Shown: positions 38,443-49,527 of the stretch, piece by piece
Layout: each line of letters opens with the position of its first letter
How positions within the stretch are numbered: the stretch's first letter is position 1
From: Bacillota bacterium
GTDB taxonomy: Bacteria; Bacillota; DTU014
Direction: 5' to 3'
DNA length: 64,000 nucleotides
Assembly: GCA_012719595.1 (NCBI GenBank)
Contig: JAAYAB010000034.1
Coordinates: 32,902-96,901 of the forward strand
The notes under the pieces: model-generated
The model's database searches: none
Seen by the model: the letters and a program-made list of their open reading frames with translations, nothing else
What the model was told of the DNA's origin: nothing
Translations under genes and position numbers: made by a program

Positions 38443-39411
38443 TTATAAGCGTGGACAGGGGATGTAGGCAAATGCCGCAAAACGGCCTGTTCGACCTCCA
38501 TCGGCTCTGTGCGAGAAGAACAGATCGCGGCGACAGGATGTGCAGATGTTCACGTGGGTAATATTGGAATCAGGCACACCGGCCCTAATCAGCTGCGCGA
38601 TGTTCTGGGCCGGAAGATCGAGGCTGACACGCGCCTTGCCTGCGGCTGTGTCTCCGCCGGCAGTGTCTATGCTCGCAGTGCCTGTCCTGGCAGTCTCTAC
38701 GCAAGGAGTGTGTGCGCCGGCAACATCTGTGGAGGCGGCTTTCTCTTGACCGAACGGTCGTGAACAGCCGGATCCCGCCTCCACTTCAGAAGCCACCTCG
38801 GCTGTCACCTCATAGCAGCATGGACCTATCGACGGGCCGATCACAGCGTAGATGCTCGATCTGTCGACTCCGTACGTTGTCGACAGAAGCACGACCGACG
38901 AAGCTGCGATCGACGCAGCGGTGCCTCGCCATCCCGCATGAACCACTGCAATGGCGGGAACCGAAGGTGCGAACAGGATGATTGGAACGCAGTCTGCGAA
39001 AGTCAGCGCGAGTGCCACGCCCCTGGCACGAGTCATCAGACCATCGGTGGCTGCGATTGCGCTGTCGGTGCAGCAGGCCCCTCTTCCGCGGTCGGCAGTG
39101 CCGACCTCAGCTATTGTTGCTGAATGGACCTGGTTGGCAAAGACCATAGTGTCGAGATCGAGCCCGATCGCCCGGGCAAGCCTCTTCCTGTTCTCGAGCA
39201 CGTCCTCCGGCTTGTCGCCGACATGCAGGCCGATATTCAAGGCGTCAAACGGCCGGGCGCTCACCCCGCCTAGACGCGTCGAAAAACCTGCTCCGATTCC
39301 AAAAGCGTCGTGCAGCTCAGCAAGGGACACGAGGGTAGTCCCGTCGGTTTGCACGATGCGCCACACGCGCCATGCAACCTCCTTGCACCTAATACGGCCT
39401 GGAGCAAACAC
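38443..39411 (-). CDS. pgeF: YfiH/PgeF-family purine nucleoside phosphorylase / peptidoglycan editing factor (laccase domain, DUF152)
   Basis: RLGGVS...NIGLHVGD...NQVHS motifs. Confidence 0.8.
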   Translation of the reverse strand: MFAPGRIRCKEVAWRVWRIVQTDGTTLVSLAELHDAFGIGAGFSTRLGGVSARPFDALNIGLHVGDKPEDVLENRKRLARAIGLDLDTMVFANQVHSATIAEVGTADRGRGACCTDSAIAATDGLMTRARGVALALTFADCVPIILFAPSVPAIAVVHAGWRGTAASIAASSVVLLSTTYGVDRSSIYAVIGPSIGPCCYEVTAEVASEVEAGSGCSRPFGQEKAASTDVAGAHTPCVETARTGTASIDTAGGDTAAGKARVSLDLPAQNIAQLIRAGVPDSNITHVNICTSCRRDLFFSHRADGGRTGRFAAFAYIPCPRL

Positions 39412-39420
39412 AGAAGCTCG

Positions 39421-39876
39421 TCACTGTTCGTCAAGGAGCCTCTCCAGCTCCTGTTTAAACCTTGTAATGTCTTTAAACTGCCTGTACACAGAGGCGAAGC
39501 GGACATATGCAACTTCATCGATGGCTCTGAGCTTCTCCATGACCAGCTCGCCTATGTCCCTGCTGGTAACCTCGGGCTCGAGCCTGTTGCGAAGAGCCCT
39601 CTCAATGTCAGATACCGCCGCTTCGAGATCGGCAACAGCCACCGGACGCTTCTCGCACGCCTTCATGATGCCGGCCAGGATCTTGTTCCGGTCGAACTCC
39701 TCTCTGCTGCCGTCCTTCTTTATGACGAGAAGCGGCGTCCGGTCGACGACCTCATATGTGGTGAACCTGCGGCCGCAGACCGTGCACTCTCGCCGCCTGC
39801 GCACAGAGCAGCCGTCATCCGCCGCTCTGGAATCCGTCACCTTCGTCTCTTGCTCGCCGCAGAACGGACACCTCAT
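39421..39876 (-). CDS. nrdR: Transcriptional repressor NrdR
   Basis: MRCPFCG...TKVTDSR...[16 protein letters not shown] zinc ribbon plus ATP-cone. Start at the internal Met. Confidence 0.9.
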   Translation of the reverse strand: MRCPFCGEQETKVTDSRAADDGCSVRRRRECTVCGRRFTTYEVVDRTPLLVIKKDGSREEFDRNKILAGIMKACEKRPVAVADLEAAVSDIERALRNRLEPEVTSRDIGELVMEKLRAIDEVAYVRFASVYRQFKDITRFKQELERLLDEQ

Positions 39877-39974
39877 CTGCGTCACACTCCCACACCCATT
39901 ATAAAAGGAAAGGGCAGCAATCACAATGTGCGATCGCTGCCCAGAGCCTGAGGGGACACAGTTGATCCGGTCCA

Positions 39975-40226
39975 CTACTCGTCGTCGAGGTCGTCGACGT
40001 CGACCAGTATTGCGTCCTCGCCGAACTTCCTTATCCGGTGCCAGGGGATCACGACATCTTGGCGCCTGCCGAACAACCCCAAGAGCCTGCCTTCTCCCGG
40101 CACAACCAGTGCCTGAACTGAACCTTTCTCCATGTCAAACTCGACATCGCTGACAACACCAAGATTACGCCCATCTCTGATGTTTATGACTTCTCTGACT
40201 CTCAGATCTGATATGCGTATAAGCAT
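39975..40226 (-). CDS. ylmC: YlmC/YmxH-family sporulation protein (PRC barrel)
   Basis: [34 protein letters not shown] follows GGGGGGT. Confidence 0.8.
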   Translation of the reverse strand: MLIRISDLRVREVINIRDGRNLGVVSDVEFDMEKGSVQALVVPGEGRLLGLFGRRQDVVIPWHRIRKFGEDAILVDVDDLDDE

Positions 40227-40343
40227 CGCCGATACCCCCCGGCCTTCCTCATACACACTATGCGTGAGGCACACCAAAGGTGCAAACCGGGGCGGCGGCA
40301 GTCGGAGAAGCGCGGCCGGACTCGTAACAGTACCGGATCCGGC

Positions 40344-41255
40344 CTAGAATATCCGGAACCACTGCTGGATCGCGAACCTGGGGAGAGGGAAATGCCTTGC
40401 GAGCTTTCCGATCTCGCCTTCGAGGCGTGCCATCAGGCCTCCTCGCCCGCTTCCACGGTCAGCATCTCCTTCGCCTTGAACATCAGAGACCGGTTCGCCG
40501 TCGAGCCGGCTGGCTTCAGGTTCATTCGCCTGCACGTACGCTTGAAGATAGGCTTGCAGCCTTTCTCTCTCGTCAGCTGCGCTCGAAACCGCTTCTTCGA
40601 TGCCTGTCCAGTCCTCCGGCGCAGTCTCCACCGGGAGTGCAGGCAAGGACTGAGCCTGCGATCTGTCCGCGATTGGCTCCGCTCCTGACATATCTATGAA
40701 ACACAACGGCGGAAATATGACACACCACCAGTTGGACCCTCTTCCTGCGCCGATCGTCACTCTGACCGCGTCGTATTCACCGGCCGGCACCTTGAGCACT
40801 CCGTACACTCTATCCGGAAACGCAAACCGCCCGACGGACACCGACACCTCGTAATCGTAGCCCTCGGCTTTCACCGCCTCAATCGACACGGCGGACAGCT
40901 GGTCAAGGTGCTCCTCTATGAGTCTCGCAGCGTCCTCCTTGCTCGTCACTCCCTCGAGGATCTGCGAAGCCCTGGCTAGGACCGCATCTCTGACCTTGAG
41001 CTTCAGAGCCTGGTCCTCAAAGGTGTCACTGTTGGGTATCACATGAAGTCGGATCAGAGACTCGGTCAACGGCGAGGACCCGGTCGCCAGGGTCGAGGAC
41101 ACGCCGAGGCAGAGTCCGGCTAGACACCCTGTCACCAGTGCGATTACTAAAGCTGTAAGAATCCTCCGTCGAATCCAGACCACCCACGAGCTCCCACAGG
41201 CATTCCTCGAATGCCGATACGATGGGATAGAACGCATTTTTCCCTCTCTCCTCAC
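40344..41255 (-). CDS. spoIIR: Stage II sporulation protein R
   Basis: LIRLHVIPNSD SpoIIR signature. Confidence 0.8.
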   Translation of the reverse strand: MRREGKMRSIPSYRHSRNACGSSWVVWIRRRILTALVIALVTGCLAGLCLGVSSTLATGSSPLTESLIRLHVIPNSDTFEDQALKLKVRDAVLARASQILEGVTSKEDAARLIEEHLDQLSAVSIEAVKAEGYDYEVSVSVGRFAFPDRVYGVLKVPAGEYDAVRVTIGAGRGSNWWCVIFPPLCFIDMSGAEPIADRSQAQSLPALPVETAPEDWTGIEEAVSSAADERERLQAYLQAYVQANEPEASRLDGEPVSDVQGEGDADRGSGRGGLMARLEGEIGKLARHFPLPRFAIQQWFRIF

Positions 41256-42019
41256 ACGAACCTGCGCATGTGCTTGAGCGCGGCCTTCTCGAGCCTGGAC
41301 ACCTGGGCCTGTGAGATGCCGATTTCTTCAGCTACCTCCATCTGGGTCCTTCCCTCGAAGAACCTCAGTTTCAGGATCCGCCTTTCCCTCTCGCTGAGCT
41401 TCTCGATCGCCTCGCGGATGGCGATTCCCTCAAGCCAGTTGACATCCTCGTTTTTCTCGTCTCCCACCTGATCCATGACATAAATGGGATCGCCTCCGTC
41501 ATGGTAGATGGGCTCGAATAGAGAGACCGGCTCCTGAATGGCGTCGAGCGCGTAGACTACCTCCTCTCGAGGCAGTCCAAGCTCCTCTGCGAGTTCAGAT
41601 ATAGTGGGCTCCTTCGAGTGCCTATTGATCAAGCGGTCTCGCACCTGCAGAGCCTTGTACGCGATGTCGCGCAGAGACCGGCTGACCCGGATCGGGTTGT
41701 TGTCTCTGAGGTACCTGCGGATTTCGCCGATGATCATCGGGACTGCGTAGGTGGAGAACTTCACGTTTTGGCTGAGATCGAAGTTGTCGATCGCCTTTAT
41801 GAGTCCGATACAGCCCACCTGAAAGAGATCATCCACGTACTCTCCTCTGTTGTTGAACCGCTGGATCACACTGAGGACCAGTCTGAGGTTCCCCTGGATG
41901 AGCTCTTGTCTCGCTTCTTCGTCGCCCTGCCTGACTCGCTGCAGCAGCTCTCTCATATGCGCGCTCTTGAGCACGGGCAGCTTCGACGTATTGACTCCAC
42001 AGATCTCGACCTTGTTCAC
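41252..42019 (-). CDS. sigG: Sporulation sigma factor SigG
   Basis: NKVEICGVNTSKLPVLK and near-identity to B. subtilis SigG through regions 2-4. GTG start follows GGGGGGAAG. Confidence 0.9.
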   Translation of the reverse strand: MNKVEICGVNTSKLPVLKSAHMRELLQRVRQGDEEARQELIQGNLRLVLSVIQRFNNRGEYVDDLFQVGCIGLIKAIDNFDLSQNVKFSTYAVPMIIGEIRRYLRDNNPIRVSRSLRDIAYKALQVRDRLINRHSKEPTISELAEELGLPREEVVYALDAIQEPVSLFEPIYHDGGDPIYVMDQVGDEKNEDVNWLEGIAIREAIEKLSERERRILKLRFFEGRTQMEVAEEIGISQAQVSRLEKAALKHMRRFV

Positions 42020-42292
42020 CTTCGGCTTCCCCCCAAAAGCGGCAGGAGAACCATGCTCGGAAACCTGGCCAGCCTGGTACCACCAGTGTCTCGGAGACGT
42101 CGTCTCCCGACCCAACAGCACGCGGTTTCGCCACAGAAACCGCTCAATGCAGCAGAGTAGTCACGTTTTCCATATTCCGTCAAGCACAGTACCATTATTG
42201 ACATGCCCCGAGTCTTTTATACCCAACAAAAAAAGCGCTGCTTGCCAGCGCTTTCAATCAATGCCGGGTGTGCGGCTGCGCCACGCGCGCCC

Positions 42293-43027
42293 TTATTCGA
42301 TTCTCTGGATTTCCCGTTTGAGCTTCTTGATGATCCGCTTCTCGAGGCGCGATATGTACGACTGAGATATCCCGAGGAGGTCGGCCACTTCTTTCTGAGT
42401 CTTCTCCACTCCGTCCGACAGGCCGAAGCGCAGTTCCATGATCTTCTTCTCTCGCCTGTTGAGGCTTCCGAGAGCCGACGCCAGCAACGACTTGTCGACT
42501 TCATCCTCGATGTACTTGTAGATAATGTCGTTTTCGGTGCCGAGCACGTCTGACAAGAGCAACTCGTTCCCGTCCCAGTCGATGTTCAGCGGTTCGTCGA
42601 ACGACACCTCCGATCTCGACTTGCTGCTCCTGCGCAGGTACATCAGTATCTCATTCTCAATGCATCTCGACGCATAGGTGGCGAGTTTGATCTTTCTCTG
42701 AGGGTTGAAGGTGTTGACCGCTTTGATCAGCCCGATTGTGCCGATCGATACGAGATCCTCAATGAAGATGCCGGTATTCTCGAACCGTTTGGCTATGTAG
42801 ACCACGAGGCGCAGATTTCGCTCTATGAGCTCGCCCCTGACCCTGAAGTCGCCCTTCTCCAAGCGCGCAAGCAGGATCGCCTCTTCCTCTGAACTCAGCG
42901 GAGGAGGAAGCGCCTCGCCGCTTCCGACGTAGTAGATGACCAGCTCCGGGAATATCCCAAGCCGTGCGAAGATGCGCAGCAAGACTATTCGCAGACGCCA
43001 TCTCAGACCTCTAAAGGCCGCATACAT
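42293..43027 (-). CDS. sigE: Sporulation sigma factor SigE (pro-sigma-E)
   Basis: [14 protein letters not shown] pro-sequence junction and high identity to SigE. Confidence 0.9.
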   Translation of the reverse strand: MYAAFRGLRWRLRIVLLRIFARLGIFPELVIYYVGSGEALPPPLSSEEEAILLARLEKGDFRVRGELIERNLRLVVYIAKRFENTGIFIEDLVSIGTIGLIKAVNTFNPQRKIKLATYASRCIENEILMYLRRSSKSRSEVSFDEPLNIDWDGNELLLSDVLGTENDIIYKYIEDEVDKSLLASALGSLNRREKKIMELRFGLSDGVEKTQKEVADLLGISQSYISRLEKRIIKKLKREIQRIE

Positions 43028-43072
43028 CTAGATCTGCTCCCTATTCGCACTGCCGCAGGCGCACAAGCAGGG

Positions 43073-43987
43073 TCACACTGTAGCAAGGAGTTCAGGATGG
43101 AGCAGTGCTTGGTACTCATGCGAAGATGACAGGTGCCTGGGATGCACCCCTAATATGACGTTCGTGATGGAGAGGCCGACTTGCCCCTCGAGTATCTCCA
43201 GGCAGTCCGGTCTGATCCCGATCAGCATTCCTTTTTCCTTGCCCAGCGAGGTGAATGGAATCAGTCGGACTCGTCTTGCCCAATCGGGCGATGAGGACAG
43301 AGAGGCCAGCAGCTCATACGGAGACTCCGTGCCGTTCTCAAACGCAGCCAGAGCCTCGCCTGGAATTGCCTTTTTGATGAGCTCATATTCCACTATGACG
43401 ACGGGTGCGCCGGTCAGCGGGTCCCTAAGCTGATTGCCGGTGTCTATCAGGGCGTTCGTCTCGATTCTCTCGCTGCCGAGCAGTATTCTTATGGGTACGA
43501 AGTACAGGGTTTCCCTCATGCGCTTGTGGACTATTCCCCACCCCAATTCCGCCACAAGCAGGACAGAGCCGACAGCTATGATGAGACTGGTTATCATGTC
43601 CCATCCTGTGCCGATCATCCATCCACCGGTGTAGATGTTCACCGCGACCGTCACGCCTGCGGCCAGCCAGGTGAAGAACAGCGCGAGGACCGACAGCCTT
43701 ACGAGATCGCCCGGCTTAAGCGGGGAGAACGATACGCAAACCGATGCCGGGATCGAGGCCAGAGCGATCAAGATAGTGGGGACTGACAGAAACTCGATGA
43801 AACCGTATCCGACTAGCAGAAGAATCACGGCAACAAATGCCGTAGCCGTAGCCGCGCCGAGCGCGAGCCGATGCCGTGTCCTCCGGCGCCCCATCACCTC
43901 TGCAGAGGCCCAGAGCATCACGAAGGTCATGACGAAATTGATAACCAGCCCTGCAGCGATGAGCGAGACACCAGAGGATGCTTCCAT
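43073..43987 (-). CDS. spoIIGA: Sigma-E processing peptidase SpoIIGA
   Basis: Multi-TM N-terminus plus C-terminal aspartic protease domain (IDTGNQLRDPLTG). Sits immediately upstream of sigE. Confidence 0.85.
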   Translation of the reverse strand: MEASSGVSLIAAGLVINFVMTFVMLWASAEVMGRRRTRHRLALGAATATAFVAVILLLVGYGFIEFLSVPTILIALASIPASVCVSFSPLKPGDLVRLSVLALFFTWLAAGVTVAVNIYTGGWMIGTGWDMITSLIIAVGSVLLVAELGWGIVHKRMRETLYFVPIRILLGSERIETNALIDTGNQLRDPLTGAPVVIVEYELIKKAIPGEALAAFENGTESPYELLASLSSSPDWARRVRLIPFTSLGKEKGMLIGIRPDCLEILEGQVGLSITNVILGVHPRHLSSSHEYQALLHPELLATV

Positions 43988-44065
43988 GACAAACCAGCCC
44001 TCCGAAACCGATCATCGTGGGCAACCACCTGTACTATACTAGCCGACCCGCGCGTCCATTCCTCC

Positions 44066-45136
44066 CTACGCGCCCTGTCTCTTCGATTTGCGGAGGAACG
44101 CAGGAATGTCAAGGTCGTCGCTGACGAACGGCCTTATATCGACGTCTCCAAATCCCTGCTTCCGGCGTTTCTTCTCTCCGAAACCCGTGCCGATGACTGT
44201 CACTCTGATACAGTCTCCCAGCTTCTCATCGATCACCGCACCGAATATGATATTCGCGTCCGGGTCGGCGGCCTCCGATATCACGGCTGCAGCTTCGTTG
44301 ACTTCGAACAGCCCAAGGTCAGGCCCGCCCGTTATGCTCATGAGCACGCCCTTGGCTCCCTCAATCGACGTTTCGAGCAGCGGGCTCGAAATGGCAGCCT
44401 TGGCCGCCTCGATCGCGCGGTCGTCTCCGGAGGCTTGACCGATCCCCATCAGCGCCGAGCCTGCATCGGTCATGATCGTGCGGACGTCTGCGAAGTCGAG
44501 GTTGATCAAGCCCGGGATCATGATGAGGTCAGCAATGCCCTGAACTCCCTGGCGCAGAATGTCGTCAGCCATGCGGAAGGCCTCCAGGATGGAAGTGCGT
44601 TTCTCCACCACTTGCAGAAGCCTGTCGTTCGGAATCGTGATCAGAGTGTCCACCGTTTCCCTGAGGTTCTTCACGCCGGTCTCCGCCTGGCTGCTCCTCG
44701 GCTTCCCTTCAAATGTGAATGGACGGGTGACTACTCCGACCGTCAAAGCTCCCATCTCTTTCGCCACTTGAGCCACAACAGGAGCTCCGCCCGTTCCGGT
44801 GCCCCCTCCCATGCCGGCGGTTATGAAGACCATGTCTGCACCTTGGAGGCTCTCCCTGATGTCATCTATGTTTTCTTCTGCAGCTTTTCTCCCGATCTCC
44901 GGGTCGGCGCCCGCACCCAAGCCCTTGGTCAGGTTATATCCCACCTGAATTTTGGTCGGCGCGAGCGAGCTTCTCAACGCCTGCGCATCCGTATTCACAG
45001 CGATGAACTCAACGCCGGCAAGGCCGCTCTCGATCATCCTGTTGACAGCATTGCATCCACCGCCGCCGATCCCTATCACCTTGAGGTGAGCGTAGCTCTG
45101 CTCCTGTACTGGTTCTATGAGGTTGCGGTCCAACAC
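44066..45136 (-). CDS. ftsZ: Cell division GTPase FtsZ
   Basis: GGGTGTG tubulin signature and NAVNRM. Confidence 0.95.
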   Translation of the reverse strand: MLDRNLIEPVQEQSYAHLKVIGIGGGGCNAVNRMIESGLAGVEFIAVNTDAQALRSSLAPTKIQVGYNLTKGLGAGADPEIGRKAAEENIDDIRESLQGADMVFITAGMGGGTGTGGAPVVAQVAKEMGALTVGVVTRPFTFEGKPRSSQAETGVKNLRETVDTLITIPNDRLLQVVEKRTSILEAFRMADDILRQGVQGIADLIMIPGLINLDFADVRTIMTDAGSALMGIGQASGDDRAIEAAKAAISSPLLETSIEGAKGVLMSITGGPDLGLFEVNEAAAVISEAADPDANIIFGAVIDEKLGDCIRVTVIGTGFGEKKRRKQGFGDVDIRPFVSDDLDIPAFLRKSKRQGA

Positions 45137-45203
45137 TCAGATCTCCTCCGTTCTTTTGTGTTCGCATATACGCAGCGCCGGCAGTCTGGCTCGCCATGTG
45201 CGG

Positions 45204-46430
45204 TCAGCCCAGCAGCCCTCTCACCAGTCTCCGTGCCCTCCGGCGCCATCCGCGCTCGTCGATGTTGTCCACTCTTCTGACGATTTCCGACGCGTCTTCG
45301 CGAAATGCCATTCTCACAAGTCCGGCTGCACATGCGTATTCCGGCTTGGCGGAGACGTCAATACTCCTCAGCACTCTTCGTGCGGTTGCGCAATGACATC
45401 TGTACCCGGTAATCTCCGACGCGAACTCACTGAACCCCACCAGATTCGCCGTCCCGCCGGTGAGGGCCAGCCCTGCCGGTATGTACCTGTGGACGCCCGC
45501 CGTCCGCAGGTCCGACGCTATCAGCTCACAGATCTCAGCCAGCCGCGCCCTCACGATTCCGCCCGTCTGAGACAGGTCCGCTTCGTTCAGAAACTTGCTC
45601 AGGTCGACATCAGGGATTCGCTCGTCTTGTGCATTGTCGAGGCGGCTGAGATCGGAGAGAGCGACCTTGAGGCGCTCGGCTACGCTGAACGGAACGCCAA
45701 GGCCCAGGGCAAGATCGTTCGTGATGTTGGAGCCGCCGATCGCAAGCGTCGAGCTGTAGACGATCCCGGAACCCTTGTACACCACGATGTTGGTCGTGCC
45801 CGCACCTACGTCGACGAGGCAGACGCCCAGATCACGTTCATCGGCTCCGAGCACGCCCTCCGCAGACGCGACCCCGTGAGTGACCAGGCCCACGGTCCGA
45901 AGCCCGGTCCCGCTCAAGGCGCTGACCCTGCTGCTCACCGCAGATTGTGATCCGACTATGATGTGCGTCTCCACCGAAAGACGGCTTCCGGTCATACCCA
46001 GGGGTGACTCGATTCCCGAGCAATCGTCGACAGTGAACGACTTGGGAATTAGATGCAGAATCGCCTCGCTCGACTTGAGGGAGATCGTGCCTGATGCGTC
46101 GAGTGCGCGCCGAACGTCAGACTCAGTTACAGGCCCAGATCTCTCGATCGCAACGGAACCGGAGCTGTTGACCGACGCAATGCTTGTCCCGTCAATGGAC
46201 GTCAGACACACACTCGGCCTGATGTCGCCTGCGGACCGCAGCTTGTCCCATTGCTCGGCAATGCAGTGGGCAAGAGAGTCCAAATTGGCTATGGATCCCT
46301 TCTTGACTCCTTCTGAAGGACCGGACGTGGAAGCAACGACATGCAGCGTGTCGCTGGAGTCGACATATCCGGCGACCATCTTTATCCGACTGGTCCCGAT
46401 ATCAACACCAAGGGCAATCTCCTGAGCCAC
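45204..46430 (-). CDS. ftsA: Cell division protein FtsA
   Basis: LGVDIGTSRIKMVAG actin fold. GTG at 46430 follows AGGAGG. The 77-aa ORF-track N-terminal extension overlapping ftsQ was rejected. Confidence 0.8.
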   Translation of the reverse strand: MAQEIALGVDIGTSRIKMVAGYVDSSDTLHVVASTSGPSEGVKKGSIANLDSLAHCIAEQWDKLRSAGDIRPSVCLTSIDGTSIASVNSSGSVAIERSGPVTESDVRRALDASGTISLKSSEAILHLIPKSFTVDDCSGIESPLGMTGSRLSVETHIIVGSQSAVSSRVSALSGTGLRTVGLVTHGVASAEGVLGADERDLGVCLVDVGAGTTNIVVYKGSGIVYSSTLAIGGSNITNDLALGLGVPFSVAERLKVALSDLSRLDNAQDERIPDVDLSKFLNEADLSQTGGIVRARLAEICELIASDLRTAGVHRYIPAGLALTGGTANLVGFSEFASEITGYRCHCATARRVLRSIDVSAKPEYACAAGLVRMAFREDASEIVRRVDNIDERGWRRRARRLVRGLLG

Positions 46431-46626
46431 GCGAGCCGCTCCTCCTGACTGCAGACCAGTGAGCTGTCTGAGGCGATGCAGACACTTTGTATTTCCACAC
46501 AGTTCGTGCTTCTCCTCTAGCGTCTGAGGCATTGAGTGGATCGACCGCGTCTGGCCGTGCGCTGACCGGGCGGTCGATGCCTGCCTGGATGCGCTCAGTG
46601 AGCGGTTGAGACCCAGTCTGGCTGGC

Positions 46627-47349
46627 TCAGCGGGCGATGGAGGCTTCAGGCGTGCTGACATCTATGTATGTGAGTGTCTTGCCTCTTCGCTCTGAATCGC
46701 TCAGGATTGACAGGAGGACGCTGCTCTTCATCGGAATGCCCTGGGAATCCCCAAAGACGACCATGGCTCCCGAGACCAGGTGGCCCACGAGATTCGCTGT
46801 GTCGGCTACGTTCAGCTCGCGCAGCAAACGCAGCACATTGGGATCGAACTGCCCCACGACTCGCACGGCGTCGACGATTCGGGCAGGCTGGGCTCTCTCG
46901 CCGCTGGCCAGATAGGTAGGAACCAGACCGGTCAGCACCGGGAGTGCGACCCGGCTCGGGTCCTCAATATCCGTGATCACGACTCCGTTCGCGTCGATCT
47001 CGCAGAGCACCCCGTTGTAGGGGAGCAGACCGACGCCTCTTCTTTCAGCAATCTCTATGACCAGGCTGTTCGGCAGCTGCTTCCGGACGGCTGCACGCTC
47101 GATCTTGCTAGACTTCTCGAGGCTCTCCTCGGACTTCCTCACGTTCAGTCGGAATATATTCCCAGGATCGGACAGCCCTGCCATAGCCACGATCTCGCCG
47201 TCGGTGAAGTATGAGTTGCCTCGAACCTCTATGTCTTCGATCGTAAACGTCGATGAATGCATGAGAGCTAGTGCCGCGCTGCACATCAATATTACTGTGA
47301 CTGCGGCTGTGAACAGTCTGTCGCCCAAACCAAGGTCACTTCCATTCAT
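46627..47349 (-). CDS. divIB: Cell division protein FtsQ/DivIB (POTRA domain)
   Basis: TM helix plus POTRA/FtsQ domain. Sits in the dcw position between murA and ftsA. Confidence 0.75.
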   Translation of the reverse strand: MNGSDLGLGDRLFTAAVTVILMCSAALALMHSSTFTIEDIEVRGNSYFTDGEIVAMAGLSDPGNIFRLNVRKSEESLEKSSKIERAAVRKQLPNSLVIEIAERRGVGLLPYNGVLCEIDANGVVITDIEDPSRVALPVLTGLVPTYLASGERAQPARIVDAVRVVGQFDPNVLRLLRELNVADTANLVGHLVSGAMVVFGDSQGIPMKSSVLLSILSDSERRGKTLTYIDVSTPEASIAR

Positions 47350-48593
47350 TCGATTCGTGTAATCCTTGCTCCCAATCCGCTGAGCTTGCGTTCAAACTCC
47401 TCATACCCGCGATCTATGAGCTCGACACCGTCGACGATCGAATTCCCATCTGCCGCCATGGCACAGAGGACAAGCGCCGCGCCCCCTCTCAGGTCAGGAG
47501 CAGTCACACTTGCGCCGGTCAGCTTCTCGACTCCTTTGATCACCGCGGTCGATTGCTCGATTATGACTTTCGCACCCATCTTCCTCATTTCCTCCAAGTA
47601 ATGGAACCTGTTGGAGTAGATTGTCTCGATGAGAACGCTACACCCAACTGCGGTCGATGCGAGTGCGGCGATATTCGGCTGAAGATCAGTGGCAAAGCCG
47701 GGATACGGCATGGACCGGACTGTCGTCCCGGTTATCGGCTGATCGGCGAAGCAGTCGATTCGGTTGTGCGAGACTTCGACGCCCGCTCCCATCTCTCTGA
47801 GCTTTGCAATGAGGAATCCCAGGTGCTCCGGCTCGACATCCTGAACGGTTACATGACCTCCGGTAATGACTGCTGCAACCATCATCGTCCCTGCCTCTAT
47901 TCGATCGGGAATGACAGTATAGTCTGCACCGCCGAGCTCTTTGACTCCCTCGACGATGACCTGGCCTGTGCCCGCGCCTCGGACCTTGGCACCCATCAGG
48001 TTCAGGAAGTTCTGCTGATCGACGATCTCAGGCTCGCGGGCTGCGTTGCATATCACGGTGGTTCCTTCTGCGAGGGCGCCGGCCGCCATCAGGTTCTCAG
48101 TCGCTCCGACGCTCGGAAAATCGAGGTAGATCGTGGCACCCTTGAGCCGGTTCGCCCTCGCCCTGACGTAGCCATACCGCTCCTCGACCTCGGCTCCCAT
48201 GGCCCTGAAGCCCTTCAGATGAAAGTCAATGGGACGATGACCTATGCTGCAGCCTCCCGGCTGAACTATGTGGACTTCGCCGACCTTGGCGAGCAGCGGA
48301 CCCATTACTTGAATCGATGCACGCATGCCGCGCACCAGTTCCTCCGGCGCCTCCGTGCCCAGGCGCTCGGGCGGAGTGACCATCATGGTGTCTCCGCTCC
48401 AGTTGACAGTTGCACCTAGCTCCTCGATCACACCTTTCATCGTCTCGACGTCTGATATCCTTGGCACGTTTCGGATGACGCATTGGTCGTTTGCCATCAG
48501 AGACATGGCCATCAGTTTCAGGACGGAGTTTTTGGCACCACTCACCCTGACAGTGCCGGACAGCCTCGTGCCGCCGGCAATCGAAAACCTCAT
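47346..48593 (-). CDS. murA: UDP-N-acetylglucosamine 1-carboxyvinyltransferase
   Basis: MRFSIAGGTRLSGTVRVSGAKNS and an EPSP-synthase-like fold. Confidence 0.9.
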   Translation of the reverse strand: MRFSIAGGTRLSGTVRVSGAKNSVLKLMAMSLMANDQCVIRNVPRISDVETMKGVIEELGATVNWSGDTMMVTPPERLGTEAPEELVRGMRASIQVMGPLLAKVGEVHIVQPGGCSIGHRPIDFHLKGFRAMGAEVEERYGYVRARANRLKGATIYLDFPSVGATENLMAAGALAEGTTVICNAAREPEIVDQQNFLNLMGAKVRGAGTGQVIVEGVKELGGADYTVIPDRIEAGTMMVAAVITGGHVTVQDVEPEHLGFLIAKLREMGAGVEVSHNRIDCFADQPITGTTVRSMPYPGFATDLQPNIAALASTAVGCSVLIETIYSNRFHYLEEMRKMGAKVIIEQSTAVIKGVEKLTGASVTAPDLRGGAALVLCAMAADGNSIVDGVELIDRGYEEFERKLSGLGARITRIE

Positions 48594-48606
48594 CGTTGAT
48601 GCCTCC

Positions 48607-49527
48607 TCAAGATGCTGGCCGCCTCCCGATGAAACGGATTTCGGGTTCCAGCCTGACTCCCACCTTAGAAGCCACCAATTCCACGACCTGGTCCATCAGC
48701 TGCATCACGTCCGCTGCAGTGGCGCAGCCCAGGTTCACGATGAAATTGGCGTGCAAACGGGAAACCTCTGCGTCACCCACCCTGAGTCCTTTGCATCCAG
48801 CCTGATCGATGTACCGTCCTGCACCCTCTCCTTTGGGGTTTCTGAAGGCGCACCCCGCGCTAGGTTGATTCAGCGGCTGCTTGGCACTCCTTTCCCGAAC
48901 GAATCGCTCTCTGGCCTCCCTTATCTCGCACGGGTCACCAATCTTGAGGCCGAGAACCACCGCCAAGACGACATGCTGTCCATCAAGGAAAATGCTTGAT
49001 TTCTCTCCGAAGCGGCAGTCATCTGCACTGAAGATCACATCGTGTCCGTCGAGCGTGCAAGCCCTGACCGAAGTCACCACGTCACTCATGCGCCGGCCGA
49101 AGGCCGCCGAGTTCATGGCCACGGCGCCGGCAATGGTTCCGGGAATGCCGGCGGCGAACTCGAGCCCCGACAGTGAGTGCATGGCCGCAGTAGATGACAC
49201 CTGGCCCAGCAGGGCGCCGGCGCCGACAGTGATCGAGGTTCCCTGGACTGACACCGCATTGAGCCGCCCGGCCAGAGATATGACTACACCCTCAATGCCC
49301 AGATCAGAAACCAGCAGGTTGGTCCCTCCGCCAATGACCGTTACAGGCGCCTGATGCTGTCTGCATACAGCCAAGGCAGTCTTGAAGTCATCTTCGTTCT
49401 CGGGAGTGAAAAACACGTCCGCGGGCCCGCCTATTCGAAAGCTGGTGTGCCTGCACATCGGCTCGTTCAGCAGCAGCTCGCCTTTAGTACTGGCTCTGAG
49501 CTCGCGAGTCAAAGAATCCAGGTTCAT
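48607..49527 (-). CDS. murB: UDP-N-acetylenolpyruvoylglucosamine reductase
   Basis: FAD-binding RIGGPADVF and MurB C-terminal domain. ATG at 49527 forms an ATGA overlap with the murC stop. Confidence 0.85.
   Translation of the reverse strand: MNLDSLTRELRASTKGELLLNEPMCRHTSFRIGGPADVFFTPENEDDFKTALAVCRQHQAPVTVIGGGTNLLVSDLGIEGVVISLAGRLNAVSVQGTSITVGAGALLGQVSSTAAMHSLSGLEFAAGIPGTIAGAVAMNSAAFGRRMSDVVTSVRACTLDGHDVIFSADDCRFGEKSSIFLDGQHVVLAVVLGLKIGDPCEIREARERFVRERSAKQPLNQPSAGCAFRNPKGEGAGRYIDQAGCKGLRVGDAEVSRLHANFIVNLGCATAADVMQLMDQVVELVASKVGVRLEPEIRFIGRRPAS

Noticed and set aside
46431-46661. 77-aa N-terminal extension of ftsA
   Set aside because: Low-complexity, overlaps divIB. The GTG preceded by AGGAGG aligns with the canonical FtsA N-terminus.
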